This document shows, piece by piece, positions 24,386 through 37,700 of a stretch of DNA of 64,000 bases; within the stretch, counting starts at the first letter, position 1; the number at the start of each line of letters is the position of its first letter. The DNA comes from Paraphysomonas bandaiensis (lineage: Eukaryota; Protista; Chrysophyceae), in contig CBFFRP010000092.1 in NCBI GenBank assembly GCA_965644295.1, positions 47,572 to 111,571 on the forward strand, given 5' to 3'. The notes beneath the pieces were generated by a model that made no database searches, had not been told where the DNA came from, and saw only the letters and a program-made list of their open reading frames with translations. Both the position numbers and the translations under genes were made by a program.

Positions 24386-25057
24386 CCGGTCATATGGCTG
24401 CGTGTGTTGATAGGTTTTGTTGTTAGTAGTTCTTGGATTTGCGACTTTTCGTGCCATTATAAATAAGATTAGAGTATTATTCCTGTAAGATATATGCTCT
24501 TTACTTCGTAACTTTTGAAACCTCGTATGCGGAAATGAAACCATGAAACATCACCTATTAGTAGAAATCAGATTAAACTGGATTTCTATATACATTATGT
24601 TCACTTGCGATTTTATATCCTATATCCAGACTCTCTTCAAATGGATCCTACGTATTTCGCATGAAGTAGGTAGATGATTATGTGAGGTGGTTTTTTTCTC
24701 GCAATTCGATTAGGAATTAGGAATATGTATTCCTAGTGAATAAGATTTTTATTATTAGAGTCAGATAGCAATGATCCCTCACAAGTGTAATATATGTGCC
24801 CTATTTTACGACTATCATAAAAAGACATATCTGGGGTCAATGTTGTCTGCTTTACAGGCTTATAATTTATGACAGATGTGTTTTTCTAATCGTATTAAAC
24901 AAGCTGCATATATTCATTGCGACATGATGTTCTACAAGAACACGGTAGACAGACCCTGATATATTTCACTATAGTTGTTTATTAATACTACAGTACTATC
25001 TAATTTCACTGCATACGCGTACTAGCCACACCTCTCACTCATGCACAATAAGTACAC

Positions 25058-27387
25058 TTATAACGACCGAGGGGAATCATTTCTAAACAGCGGCATATCT
25101 GGTTTTGGGAGACTCTGAATATCGCGTTGCTTCCAATCCCCGGCAACCCGGGCACCCTCTCGCTGCTCAAACTCCACCGCCATATGCGCCCTTTCCATCA
25201 TCAGGAATTCCTGACTGTAAAGCAACAACAATAAGAACATATATAATGCGAACAGATATTATTTGAAGTGTATATTCTATATATAAAGAATATATATTGT
25301 GTTGGGGCAGCGTTTTACAAAATATGAACTTACCGAGTGTGGTAAACAGCTTGAAATTCCGCTTCAGTCACACAGTAGTCGTAAGACGTACGGGTAGCCT
25401 TCTGCAAGTACTCCTCCCGAAGTTGTTCAAGCCTATTCTTTTCTGTTGGGCTATACTTCTCGACCATCACTTGACGCTCCTCCGCTGTGGAGAAACGGCC
25501 AAGGATGCTGACTTCTTTGAGTGTCTTATGGAGTTTCACAAGCTTATTTCCAGAGAGTTTATTAATCTGGAAAGGGAACTCAGATTCAACATCTTGAACC
25601 TCAACTTTTGGCTGCCCTAATACAGAGTATACGGCCTCCTTTTGAACTGCTTTGCTCATAAATTTTAACAATTCTCTGCACTCTTCACGAAGCTCATCTT
25701 CTTCCGACACTAAGCCGATTTCAACCTTGTCAAGCATTGATTTAAGGTCAGGATTATCACTGTGACTCAAGAGTTCCTTCCGTTGTTTCTTTGTTAGTCT
25801 AATAATAGGTGGAGCTGGGCTTCCAGCTACTTCAAGGGAGGCGTCTTCTTCGATGGCGGACACTTCATCCACTTCTTTGGCAGGCGTATCCTGCTCCGAG
25901 TCTTCGTCTTTTAGAATATCTTCTACCATAGAAGACTCCTTCCCGTCTTTTCCGCCTTGGCTTGCAGAAAGGAAATCATCATCGTCACTGGTGTCGTCAT
26001 CTCGCAAAAGATCGTCGATAGAAATTTTCTGAACACCTAACCCACCGCGCAGCTTGGGTTCTAGCTCCTTGCGAATTTCCTCCACAGACTTGCTTTTCTT
26101 CATCATTTCAGTAGTAAAGTAGTCGTATGTCTCTTCACTGTGATGTATATACTTGTCAGTAATATTGAAGAATAGTTGTATTGTGCACATCAAATAATAG
26201 GAATGTGGAAGCAAACACACAAACAAGTACATGCAAACTTACTGTTGATACATCCTCACGGGCTCAGCAGTGGTTTCAGGGAACAGTAGTGCCGGGAGTC
26301 TATAGAACCTTCTCACGTACACCTTATCGTTCTGTCTTCTGTAGCCGACGTCATTTTTATAGAGAACGGCCTTGATACCGTTAATATCAGGTAAAGTGAA
26401 CTCCTCTGCACGCTCAGGATATTTTACCATAGGGAAGAACTTGTTTCTGATATCTTCAAGATAGGCTTGTACGCGTGATGAGCTGCTACTCTTCAGTATG
26501 TCCCGTATCGCCAAAGTGTTCACTATCCAGCGAAAGAACAATGACCTCTCCTCCTCATCCCAATTATTAAGAAGGGGTTCACTCTTCAATTTGTTAAAAT
26601 AAAAGACATAGTCTTCCAAGAAAAAAGGAGCACCGGGGGAGAGCTGTGTTTCGTTCACTTGGTACTTGCGAAACAACTCGACTTTGAAATTATGCCTCTG
26701 TCTGGCGAGCTGCTCTTCTCGCTTAAGCCTATTCTCCGTATTAATTTCAGGAAAGATAGCTGCGCGTATCTCCTGAAACTGCTTATAGAAAATCGGGTCT
26801 TTCATTCGTCGTTCGCGTTCACCTTGTTGCCATTTGAGTACACGAGTCTGTACCAAGTAGTCCAGCTCGCCTTGCTCTTCTAGACTCATTTTGGAAAATC
26901 GAGTATCAGCAAGGCGTTCTCGCCACATACCAACATCCCTAATCAAAGCTTCGTCCGCGGCAAATACAACAGACACTCCTTTTTCCTTCATCATTTCCAA
27001 TATCTTCTCCGACTCTTCATAAGCAGCACTTTCAAGTCCCTCAACATATCTAAGTGCCCTTACATAAGCCGTTTCCTCATCCACCCCTTGTTGCATTAAT
27101 TGATACTGTTTTTTTGCAAGTTTTAATGCTTGAGGTTCTTGATGCCAATATGCCGGATACACACGTTCATCTGAATACACTGCATCTCTTTCAATCGCTT
27201 TATTATATAATTTAATAAACGGTAGATGAGTTGTTTTCATTTTTTCTACAGGTGGTTTAGTACTACGAATAGCAGGTGGATATCTTTGTAGAAATAAATA
27301 TGCTTCAGGTGGTTGTCGAATATATCCTGATTTTAATTGTAAACGAATGGTTCGTGCAATATTTAAATTCTTTGCAACTTTTGCCAT
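25058..27387 (-). CDS. mitochondrial ribosomal protein mS23-like with long C-terminal extension, 3 exons
   Basis: N-terminal LKSGYIRQPPEAYLFLQRYPP...AKKQYQLMQQGVDEETAY resembles mS23/Rsm25. ORFs 26239-27387, 25330-26232 and 25058-25240 join in phase via GTAAGT...CAG introns. Confidence 0.7.
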
Positions 27388-28002
27388 ACTAATGTATCTA
27401 TGAACTAGTACACTAGTTAATTAATTATAAGAAATTATGAATGAAATTCAAGTGTCAACTAATATGGAGTTGATATACTTGATATGTGGTGAGTGGTTAA
27501 GTATGTTGGTATATGGTGTAATGTATGTATGTATGATGTATGTATGTATGTGTGTGTGTGTGTATGTATGGTAGATGGGGTTATGGTATACATGCATCAC
27601 TGGAGTGTGTGTGTATGGGTGTACTCTGTGTACTGCTGTATGTATGTCCTGTATATGTTGTGTAGGATGTGTAGGTTGTGTTATCCATCCAGTTCTTCTA
27701 TCCGTTGTGCTGCTGGTGATTTCTGTAGTGGTGCAAATGCTGTGTGTAAACCGCTACTTTTAAGACATACCGGACTGTATTCCCCCTTGGCTTCAATGTA
27801 CACAACGACAGTACAGCAGTACATACAGGAGTGTATCCTGCTGTATATACGGATTACTATAAGTTTTGCGTAAAATCCCCGATTTATTTATAAACCTATA
27901 GTTTTAAACGAAAATCCCTATTTTGGTTGATGTGAACACATCTAGACATTCATGATTACATATACTTACATTCCTTCATCTGTTCGTCTGCTGTATGTTG
28001 AG

Positions 28003-28730
28003 ATGTCAGATGAATGCAGCATCGGTACCATGCGCAAGTTATCGTTGAGTAGTTTCTCGGATATGGAGAAATGTAATTTTGTGAAAGAATATAAAGAGGG
28101 TCATTTCAAATCCCATCAATCAATTCGTTGCGTACAAGAAGAACATATTCAGCACTAAATAATTGGATTAAAGCCTGGAATGATGGGACACTGAAGGTTA
28201 AAAATTGCACACGCCGCAAGAAGCAAAGGAAGGGTTCATTTCCTGAAGTGGAGAGAAAACTTGTTGAGTACATTCATTTTCGCCAGGAGCACTACAAAGT
28301 AGATAAATGCCGGTTGAGCTGACTCTTTCTGCAGCAGAAGGCTAAGGACTATGCAAAGGTTAGTAATACTAAGAAGCAAGTATAATGCTCATGCTTAACA
28401 TTTTTGTACTGTATATATAGTCTATGCGGATGATGTAGACACGCTGAGTTCTTTTCGAGCTTCATCTGGTTGGCTACGTCTTGTGTTAGAACGGAAGTGG
28501 TTGCACCTTGGTGCTTGCGGCGACGCACAAGCAGCTTTCGTAGCGTTAAATAGTAGGATAAAAGAGTTTGTATTGATTAGTTACGGGTAGTGGTCTAACT
28601 AGTATGACTAGCATTCTTCTAGCCACTAATTGATGCAAGGTCTCAACGCCTATTGCTAAATAATCAGACATTCACTACGTCTTGTGTTGAAAAGTCGGAA
28701 CAATTATGTTCATGTGCATCTTCATGTTGT
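28003..28730 (+). pseudogene. pogo/Tigger-like transposase N-terminal relic, interrupted by a retro-insert
   Basis: RKGSFPEVERKLVEYI..LQQKAK..FRASSGWLR is a CENP-B/Tc5 HTH signature; contains a stop, a frameshift and an apparent intron. Confidence 0.75.
28488..28674 (+). mobile_element. 187-bp SINE-like or extremely 5'-truncated non-LTR insertion
   Basis: 14-bp TSD CTACGTCTTGTGTT (28474-28487 and 28675-28688); homologous to 17844-18018; ends AAATAATCAGACATTCA. Confidence 0.85.
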
Positions 28731-29218
28731 AATGAAAGAATTTATGAAATCTAACAATGTCACAATTTGACAGCTCCAATTTAATAAGGGAACGAATTTC
28801 AGAATTTCTTGCACCGAACAAAGGGTACCGTGGGATGCCCTCTTATTATGATTTAGAATTGTAGTGATTCATCAATCCATATCAAAAAATGTCCCATTCT
28901 AGAAGATACATGCAGGTATAATGTTAGCACGGAGATGACTGGAGTAAAATTCTGCTCTGTAAATACAAATTATTTAAAGACCCACATTTCACTGTCCGTT
29001 GTAACATCTCATAAATCAGTGGTGTACACCAAAGGTATAACTAATGATATTGATCATATTATTTGTTTGAAATGTTAGAAGTTTATTAAATATAAAAACA
29101 TAGAGCTGATATGAGTGCGCTAATAAAATGTATGCACATACAAAAACGTAGTCACAAGTGACGTCAACGCCGCACACCAGTAATTTCTAATAAATAGATT
29201 GATCATTTTCAAAAACTC

Positions 29219-30519
29219 TCAATATATACTATGAGTAGGATTTGTCACAGGGCTTGAGGAATCAATTACGTACGAATCTTCTGAGTTTCTCTAAGTAATA
29301 ATAAATGTATAAGACCGTGATGACTACAAATATTTGGGACTCACATATTCCACCAGCAGAGTGTCGATACCCTCCAATTCTGAGAGCAATTGGAGATCTG
29401 AATCGTGGGAAGAGGAACTCATCATTCTCCGCGGAGCAGGGACAGGGGGCACGTAAGTTGGTAAAGAGTTTCCCTTCACTGCTCCTGGGGTAGAGGGATC
29501 CGCCCTGCTCCAGGGCTGTCGGGGAGCCTCTTTCACCCGCATGATCACTAACAATGTGGCCCCCTAAGTACAGAATCATAATTAATACATACTATCAAGA
29601 GATATTCACACACCGGCACTAGCGTTGGGATCCAACTAGAGAAGGCGAACCATCCGAATATTCCAAAGAAGGTGGTCGATTGGTGTGTCATCTTCCCATA
29701 GCTGAGAGATCCAAGTGCAAAAAGCCGCAAAAAGAAACACACATTACATATGATCAAGACTGCGTTAATCCTAACTATGATAGCCATCTTTCTTTGCTGT
29801 TCTGCCTTGTCGGTAATGCTACCACTATTTAACTTTTGTTGTAAGCGAATGCCATACCAGAGCATACCACATGTCAAAAGTAGCATAGATACCGAAAAAA
29901 CCACAATCAATATCAATGTAATAACGGTGTGATTATCATCGTAGTCATTGAAGTCTTCTGATATGCCTGTATGTATGTTAGATATGCAACAATCAAAATG
30001 ACTACAAGCTTACAAAGGTAACATATGGCAAGAATCGATGCCAAAAGATTCATAAGTAGTACAAAGACACCCGCCCTTCTCGCGTAATCATGCCGTTTAC
30101 CGATAGTTTGTCCCCACAAATATATCACCTGGATAAAATAACATTGACATATTAATAAATACAGAACGACTAGTGTGGGTCATAGACAATACCGTTGAAT
30201 AGGACACCACAAAGAAGTACAGAGCCAGAACATGAAAAGCATACCCCCACAAAGTATAGCTATTAATAATTAAGTTATTTTTGTTAGATTCATTTTGCAG
30301 ATGTTCTTACTCGTTATATACCAGTATGGAAATTGAGTACACAAGCTCGAATAGTGCAAACACATTCATCGAGATATGAAATATAATCTTCAGATGATAC
30401 ACATCTTTCAATATAGTCCATGCACACCAACAACGATAAAAACAAGCAAGAGAGAATAGAGAGAATGATATAGTGCCTATAAGCCCAATTATTTCAAACT
30501 TTTCCAATTCCTCCCCCAT
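29219..30519 (-). CDS. THH1/TOM1/GPR137-like multi-pass membrane protein, multi-exon
   Basis: About seven hydrophobic segments over exons joined by GT-AG introns; motifs YGIRLQQKL and RINAVLIICNVCFFLR; Ser-rich tail. Confidence 0.7.
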
Positions 30520-31071
30520 TAGACTGTTGCAATAGATATTCTGACTACTTATACAATATATCGTGTACTAGACATCGTAGTAGAAGTGTGTACTGTTATG
30601 ATATGGAATAGTTTCCTTTAGATAAGGATAGTATGATGTAATTATGTTGGACAGAGGAATGAAATCCGATCTTGTGTATGTCTATATATATATATATATA
30701 TATAGCCAAGTGTAGCTAGGCATGCCATGGCATGGTAATGTGAGGTGTACATACATACTGCAGCTGTGTGTAGGTTGTGTATGTGTATAGCTGGTATAGC
30801 AGTAGAGAATACAGCGGAATACAATCTATGTATGGTATGAGCAATATGTATGGCCCTCTATACATACATATGGCTTTATGATATGGACATGCTGTGTGTA
30901 TGGTATGGACTCTCTTGTACAGTGTATGCTGTATGTATATATATATATGTGTGGTACAGAGTATGGATCAGATGCTCTCACTCCCATCATATCACTATAT
31001 GACAACTAGAACACATACTCCTGCATTATCATCTCATAGAAACCATACACTTACATGATTATATAAATAAA

Positions 31072-33921
31072 ATGCTTCATATCTCTTACATGTATACAAA
31101 TAGAACATGTCGATATATATCTATGCGTTCATTTGCCTCTAACGTTATAGGGATCAACAGAGCTGTCTTACAGGGACTTAATAAGCCCCCTAAACTACGT
31201 AATCGACGTGATATAGCCAAAGAAGGACATAGACTATTAACTAAACAACCAGTAGATATATCTGAATTACGTTTACATATAAGAAAGTATGCATTATCTA
31301 TGCATCACAATGATGTGATTAATATACTGTATAACTCTACACGTAAAGGGGTTGTATTGGATGATGAGGTTATTAAACTCATCACAAAAGCCTTGCGCAA
31401 GGTCACATTATGTCTATCGAGCAGACAAATGACCTATGCATTATATAGTCTTCATAAGTTGAATGTTGCTAATGAACCAGTTCTCGGTTTAGTGACGGAG
31501 TTATCTGAACGCATTTCAAATTCGTATGGTACCTTCAACGGACAGGCAATCGGTAACTGCTTGTATGGTCTACATAATTTACCTGGAAATTTACCAGTTA
31601 CTTCGAAAATTATTGAAGATTTGTTGGTAAAATTTCAGGAATCTGATTGCTCGTTGAGCCCCCAAGAGTGTAGCAATGCCCTCTATGGATTGCAGAATAT
31701 GAAGTGCTACACCCCTGGTGTCCCAGCGCTACTGTCACTGCTTGCAAAAAAAATAGATGCTATAACAGAAGAGTTCACTCCTCAAGCCGTGAGCAACTCT
31801 CTGTACGGCCTGAAAGAGATGAGCTCCAAGACACCGGAAGTTCGGCAAGTGCTACGCGCTCTTACTCCCCACATACATCGATGCAGTGGACCATTCACAC
31901 ATAAAAGCGTTGGTATATCTATGTATGGATTGAACAATATGAGGTCCTCAGTGGAAGAAGTACGGGGTGTAATAAACGCACTTGTGGAAAAGTTTGAAAC
32001 TTACGATGGATATGTTCCCAGCCCCGCTGTGGCTCTGATGCTGTACGGCATGAAAAGTATGCGATCAAATGAGCAATCAGTGCGTCGACTGGCTGAAGTG
32101 TTCGCGCGAATTATATCAATTCCCCCTCCAAGCCCTGATACAAAAGACCGCGTACGAGCACAGGAGATTGGGATGATGTTTTATGGTCTACAACAGTTGT
32201 CGTTTACTATCTCTGAGCCGGCAGCTCTTCTTTCTGCAATAACAGCCAGGTATCTGGACACTGACGCTGCTAGTCCCCACGGAGTGTATCCATATACCCT
32301 CAATTCTCATTCAGTGACAAACATTTGTTATGGATTTAAAAATAGTGGTAATGCAGTGACATTGTTTAGCCAGTGGAGTGGTCGCGTGTTAGCATCCTCC
32401 GCGGAAATGGCACGAGCATTATCCTGTATTTCAGATAAAATAGTGTCCAGTAACTCCGTTGAGCCCCTTTCTCTGACTGCCGCTCAGCTGTGCAAATGTG
32501 TGTACTCTTTTAAGTACATGCGTCTTCCACCTCCAGAAAAATACACTAATCCACTTGGGCAACATGTGGAACTCAGAAAATTCTTGTCCACTATTTGTTA
32601 CATTTATGAGTCAGCTGTTCACAGCAGTAACAATTCCTCTAATGATAGACTGAGTTATGGAGAGCTTACATCATCAGCTTCTGTTAGTAAGGAGGAATTG
32701 ATGTACACAACGTCAAATATTGAGATGCGCCATGTCACTGCTGCATTATGGGGACTTCGCGGAATGAGTACCGAGTATCCCGAGGTTAGGCGCTTGATGT
32801 ATTGCCTATGGAAGTTACAGCAGACCGCCAGTAACAACTTTCTCGCTCCTTCCGATTTTTTTTCATCATGGTCTGATAACAGTAAGGTTAATAGAGTGAT
32901 TGAGACTGAAGAGCTTGTTAATAGCAATCCTGCCGAAGAAATTAGCAAGATACTTTGTTCCTTGCATGATAAATCACTCTCGCACCAGGTTGTGTATGAA
33001 ATTTTCGAAGGTGTTTTGGCTGGTTTCGAAAAGAATGATATTAATATTTCCCCGCGTCAGTATCGCATGTGTTTATCCGGATTAAACCGAATGTCCCTCA
33101 ATGATGAGGCGGTGGCTGTACTTCTTGAGCATCTAAACCACAGTCTCAATTTTTCCAGCCATGATACTGATAATTGGGGCTTCCCCATTTCCACAGTCCT
33201 GAGTGGCCTAATTAATATGAGCAATGAGCATGCTGTCGTCCGAAAATCTATAGGAAATATTGCTCGAATCCTTGAAGATTCAATGACAAAGCATCCTAAC
33301 AGTGAAACGCACGACTACATGCACATCAGTAGCTGCTTTTATTCTTTGCGGAACATGAGTTCTGCGTATGCCATGGATGAAGTCGAACATCTAATTTCAC
33401 TTCTTAATACTTTACTAGGCAACTTTATCAAAAGCCGAGGAAAAATTCACCCTCACGAGGTTGGCGGAATTTTACATGGGCTGCAGCACATTGATATCGA
33501 CCGTTATCGTGTCGCACAGGAGACTCTAGCTTTACTTGTTGACTCTCTTCGTGATCATACTTCTCAGTCGGAGTTTAAACATATTAGTCACATGTTGCTA
33601 GGGTTGAGCTCGTCGAATGGAAATAGCAACACCGTTCGAGTAATCTTGCAAGAAATAGTACATAGAATGGGGCCGAATAATTCAAGTGACTTAATGGGCT
33701 TTGCTGTTGTCCGAATGGTACGTGGGCTGCAGACAATGAACACTGACTATGGAGTAGTATTGGACGCGTGGGAGTGTTTGTTAGATGCAATAAAGAGAAA
33801 GAATGTAGATATGTCTTTGACTGAATATACGGATGCGTTAAATAGTTTGAAATCAGTTTCATATCCTCATTCTATTCACCAAGAAATACGAAATCGACTA
33901 GCTCTCTGCCTAAAAAAGTGA
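31072..33921 (+). CDS. helical-repeat protein (OPR-like, 40-aa repeats), probably organelle-targeted
   Basis: 949-aa intronless ORF with tandem 40-aa units such as LSPQECSNALYGLQNM and FTPQAVSNSLYGLKEM; Arg/Ser-rich, acid-free N-terminus. Confidence 0.8.
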   Translation: MLHISYMYTNRTCRYISMRSFASNVIGINRAVLQGLNKPPKLRNRRDIAKEGHRLLTKQPVDISELRLHIRKYALSMHHNDVINILYNSTRKGVVLDDEVIKLITKALRKVTLCLSSRQMTYALYSLHKLNVANEPVLGLVTELSERISNSYGTFNGQAIGNCLYGLHNLPGNLPVTSKIIEDLLVKFQESDCSLSPQECSNALYGLQNMKCYTPGVPALLSLLAKKIDAITEEFTPQAVSNSLYGLKEMSSKTPEVRQVLRALTPHIHRCSGPFTHKSVGISMYGLNNMRSSVEEVRGVINALVEKFETYDGYVPSPAVALMLYGMKSMRSNEQSVRRLAEVFARIISIPPPSPDTKDRVRAQEIGMMFYGLQQLSFTISEPAALLSAITARYLDTDAASPHGVYPYTLNSHSVTNICYGFKNSGNAVTLFSQWSGRVLASSAEMARALSCISDKIVSSNSVEPLSLTAAQLCKCVYSFKYMRLPPPEKYTNPLGQHVELRKFLSTICYIYESAVHSSNNSSNDRLSYGELTSSASVSKEELMYTTSNIEMRHVTAALWGLRGMSTEYPEVRRLMYCLWKLQQTASNNFLAPSDFFSSWSDNSKVNRVIETEELVNSNPAEEISKILCSLHDKSLSHQVVYEIFEGVLAGFEKNDINISPRQYRMCLSGLNRMSLNDEAVAVLLEHLNHSLNFSSHDTDNWGFPISTVLSGLINMSNEHAVVRKSIGNIARILEDSMTKHPNSETHDYMHISSCFYSLRNMSSAYAMDEVEHLISLLNTLLGNFIKSRGKIHPHEVGGILHGLQHIDIDRYRVAQETLALLVDSLRDHTSQSEFKHISHMLLGLSSSNGNSNTVRVILQEIVHRMGPNNSSDLMGFAVVRMVRGLQTMNTDYGVVLDAWECLLDAIKRKNVDMSLTEYTDALNSLKSVSYPHSIHQEIRNRLALCLKK

Positions 33922-34234
33922 AAAAATATACGTGGTTAGTGTAATAATATTATATTTAACTTCTATACTCTCCGATATATATGTATATTGTTTTCCTTGT
34001 GGTAGTATATCTACCGATGGTAGATTCTTCTCATCTCGACTAGCACATCAGGATCTACTTGTAGGGCTTCCTTGAAGGAGGGCATAAGCATCCCACAACA
34101 TGTAATTGGCTCGTAGGTATAGCAACGATTCTAGACGATATGGATTCATGTTTCTACGCTCAGGTGTCATAATATCTACGATATGGTGCCCAGCCCTTCA
34201 GGGTCATGCTTTTTAGGATTATATGTATCATATC

Positions 34235-34554
34235 TATTGACAAATGACCATTTTCAGATGATTAAGATCGTTGTAAGAGAAGTTTAAGTTAGTCAAACTA
34301 GATAGATTACTTTATTATGATTGTATACACAATTGTATGTGTTGTCATATAACACATGTCAACAACATGATAAATTATTTCGTTCATGTCAACCACTGCT
34401 CAACTTTCGTATCTTGAATCGTCATGATATAATACTTCAGTTTCACAGTTATAGCTATATAGCACCTTTGACTATTGACTACGTATTACTGTTTTTCACA
34501 TTGTATTTAACGTATTCTACAGTACTATCTTAGAGAACCATACGTATTCCAACA
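34235..34554 (-). repeat. 3' LTR
   Basis: Direct repeat of 39440-39759; preceded on the minus strand by the purine tract GAGGAGGAG (34555-34563). Confidence 0.96.
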
Positions 34555-34721
34555 CTCCTCCTCAATGTAGAAACGAGTAATCGTCATTATACTGCAGCTA
34601 TATATATCATCTAGTCATCTTAGGATAAAAACGGATGTGAAAATCTTCATAAAGATACTGTGGACATCACACTTCGCTGTAACACAGTTATGTGGGATTC
34701 TTACCCACTAAAAACACACCC

Positions 34722-37700
34722 TTAACCTTTCTTGAACCGCTTCTTCTGATTCTTCTCAACTTCATTTGAAATGCTCCTCTTTTCCCCTGTGATAGTTTCT
34801 TCATGGAGTTTAAAGAGCTTTGTAGATAACGCTTTTGTAAATATGTCGGCCGCCATATCCTTAGTCGATACATGAATCAATCTGGCTGTAGGAAACCTTC
34901 CACTTACGTGTTCCCGAACCCAGTGGTACTTTATCTGAATATGTTTTGATCTTTTGTGATAGACTGGATTTTCTGACAGATCTTTTGCACTCTTGCTGTC
35001 CATGAAGAATGGGGTTGGCTTCGTCAATGCGAGTCCTAGCTCTCGTAACACCCCCCGTAGCCACACCAGTTCTTGCATGGCCGCATATTCAGCCATATAC
35101 TCGGACTCCATACTGGAAGTTGCAACTGTAGTCTGCAGTTTGGACTGCCAAGCGATTGCTCCAGCACATAAGAATACAATATAACCGGTAGTTGAACGTC
35201 TCGTTAGTATATCACCTGCCCAGTCCGCATCACTAAATACATGTAAATCAAACTTACTCCCACTGAATTTGATTCCTTTGCTGGTGGTGCCTCTCAAATA
35301 TTTCAGTAAATGAATAGCTAAACGACACGATGCGTATGTAGGATTACTGCTGTATCTCGATAGTAGTCCGATTGCATAGGCGAGATCTGGTCTTGTGTGG
35401 AGTGCGAGATACAGGATTGCTCCAATAATACTACGATACGGAAATTTTGAGACCCAGTCCTCCTGTTCTGATGTAAGTTCCAGTTCTGCAGCTAGTAGTT
35501 CTTGTGCATTTGATGGCAACAACGGAGCTTCCTTATTCTTTCTACTGTTCCCCATGACATGGTTGAATTTCTGAATCACTTTCTCCGCATACTTTGATTG
35601 ATCTAGTTTGAACCAGTCTTCGCCTCTCGTGATTCGAATATTTAGGAAACTTTGGCACTCTCCCATGTCCCTCATTTCAAACTTTTGGCAGAACTTGTTC
35701 TTGACAAAAACAAGGAATTCAAAATCCACAGATGCGATTATGATGTCATCTACATACAGGAGTAATAACGTAAGTCTGCCTTGGTGCCAACGATAATATA
35801 AGCAGGTATCTAACACGCATGATCTAAACTGCATTGACTTTTTATGAATTTATCGATGTGGCGATTCCACTGACGCGGTGAGGCTCGTAAACCATATAGT
35901 GCTTTGATGAGTTTAAAACACCATCCATTGCTGAGCTCCTCATCTGGAGGTGGGTACATGTAGACATCTTCATCTAAATTTGCATAACAAAATGCAGAAC
36001 TGACATCAAGCTGGTGTACATGCATATTGAACATAAAGGCAATTGCAATCACGAGCCTGATAGTTATCCCTTTGACAACCGGTGCAAACGTAGATGGCTC
36101 CTCCTCAGTTTTCTCCTGAAGATTTCCTAGTGCGACGAGTCGAGCTTTATACTTCTGTATGTTGCCTAGTATGTCACGCTTGAGTTTGTGAACATACTTA
36201 CATCTGATTAATTTGACCCCAGATGGTCGACGTACTATCTTCAAAACGCCTCGTCGTAAAAGAGCTTTCTTCTCTATTCGTCTGGCTGTTCTCCATTTGT
36301 CCGCTTGAGGGGACCTCTCCGCCTCTAGAAAACTGTTCGGTTCATGGACGTGTTCATTCTCAGTACTCTCCTCTGAATCCATGACATTTACATCGGCATC
36401 CATTACCTCTATCATGTTAATTTCTCCTAACACTGAGGCATTAGCTAGCCTCCTCCGTAAACGCTTACGTTTATCTGCATCCCTTTTAGATACTCTCTGT
36501 AGGGTATTAGTACTGTTAGAATTTATAGTATCAGTATATTCAGGTACTCCCTGTTTTACTGCTCGATCAGGTTCTCCCTGAGCTGCATCTTCATCAAGTA
36601 CTCCTTGAGTCATATCTTCATCAGGTGCTCCCTGAATAATACCATGGTTAACTAGCTGCTCCTGATGGCTCTCAGGTGCTGGGATAGTGGACGTACTCCG
36701 TCCATCAGTGGTACTAGAAGCGTCCCTCGTTCCCGTATATCCCGTGTATCCAGGCGTATTCCTTGTCATTACCTGAACATCTTCTATATGTATGGGTACC
36801 TTCTGCTCAATGTGGGTTCTCCCCGCAGTTACAAGTGACCGATAACCAACAATGACACCCTTTCTTTCTACCACTCTGGTGGTCTTGTACAACAGCCCGT
36901 CTTCATCGTCTATGTGAAAAGTCTTCACGAGATGCTGATAATCATTCACCGTCTTTGGTCTAGGTGCTGTTCGTACTCGGAGAGCGTCGATTTCTGCGTA
37001 ATATTCTTCGGTGCGGGAAGGTATACTCTCATCTGTGAGTATGTGTACACACGTAATTACCTTATCGGTTGCTGGGAGATACACCTGGTATCCAACTTTA
37101 TCTTCCGAATATCCCACTAGGTATCCAATCTTTGATTTATCGTCCCAGTCCTTTCGCCTGTCCGCCTTAGGTGTCAATATATAAGTTTTGCACCCCCATA
37201 CTCTAAAAAATATTTCAAAAACTGGGTGGCTGACCCGTGACATACTCATATGGGGACATGTATCCTCTGTCCGTCCTTGTAGGGAGTCTGATCAGTGTAT
37301 AGCGAGCAGCATGATACGCGTCTAACCAGAATGGAACCGGTAGACCTGACTGCAACAACATCGCCAACGCCATCTCTGATGCAGTCCTGAATTTTCGCTC
37401 CTCTACTGCATTCATTTCCGGACTATCTGTTGAAGACCAAGTATGTTTGTAGCAGCCTTGTGATCTCAAATAGCTCCTAAGTTCTTGATTTATGAGTTCT
37501 CCAGCTCCATCAGCGTGGTAGTGGTCCACTCTCAGCTTATATTGCCTAATCTCTCCTTCGAACACCTCTCTAAAAAACCGAATCACTTCTTCTTTAGTAC
37601 GCTGGTTTACGCCTTTTACCCAGAACATCCTACTCGGGTGATGAGTTAGTTTGATCACGTAGCGCTCATCACCTCGAGCGGGAGTATTCAGAAATACTTG

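Noticed and set aside
34321-34533. 70-aa ORF duplicated at 39526-39738
   Set aside because: It lies antisense within the LTRs, and the LTR duplication explains the second copy.
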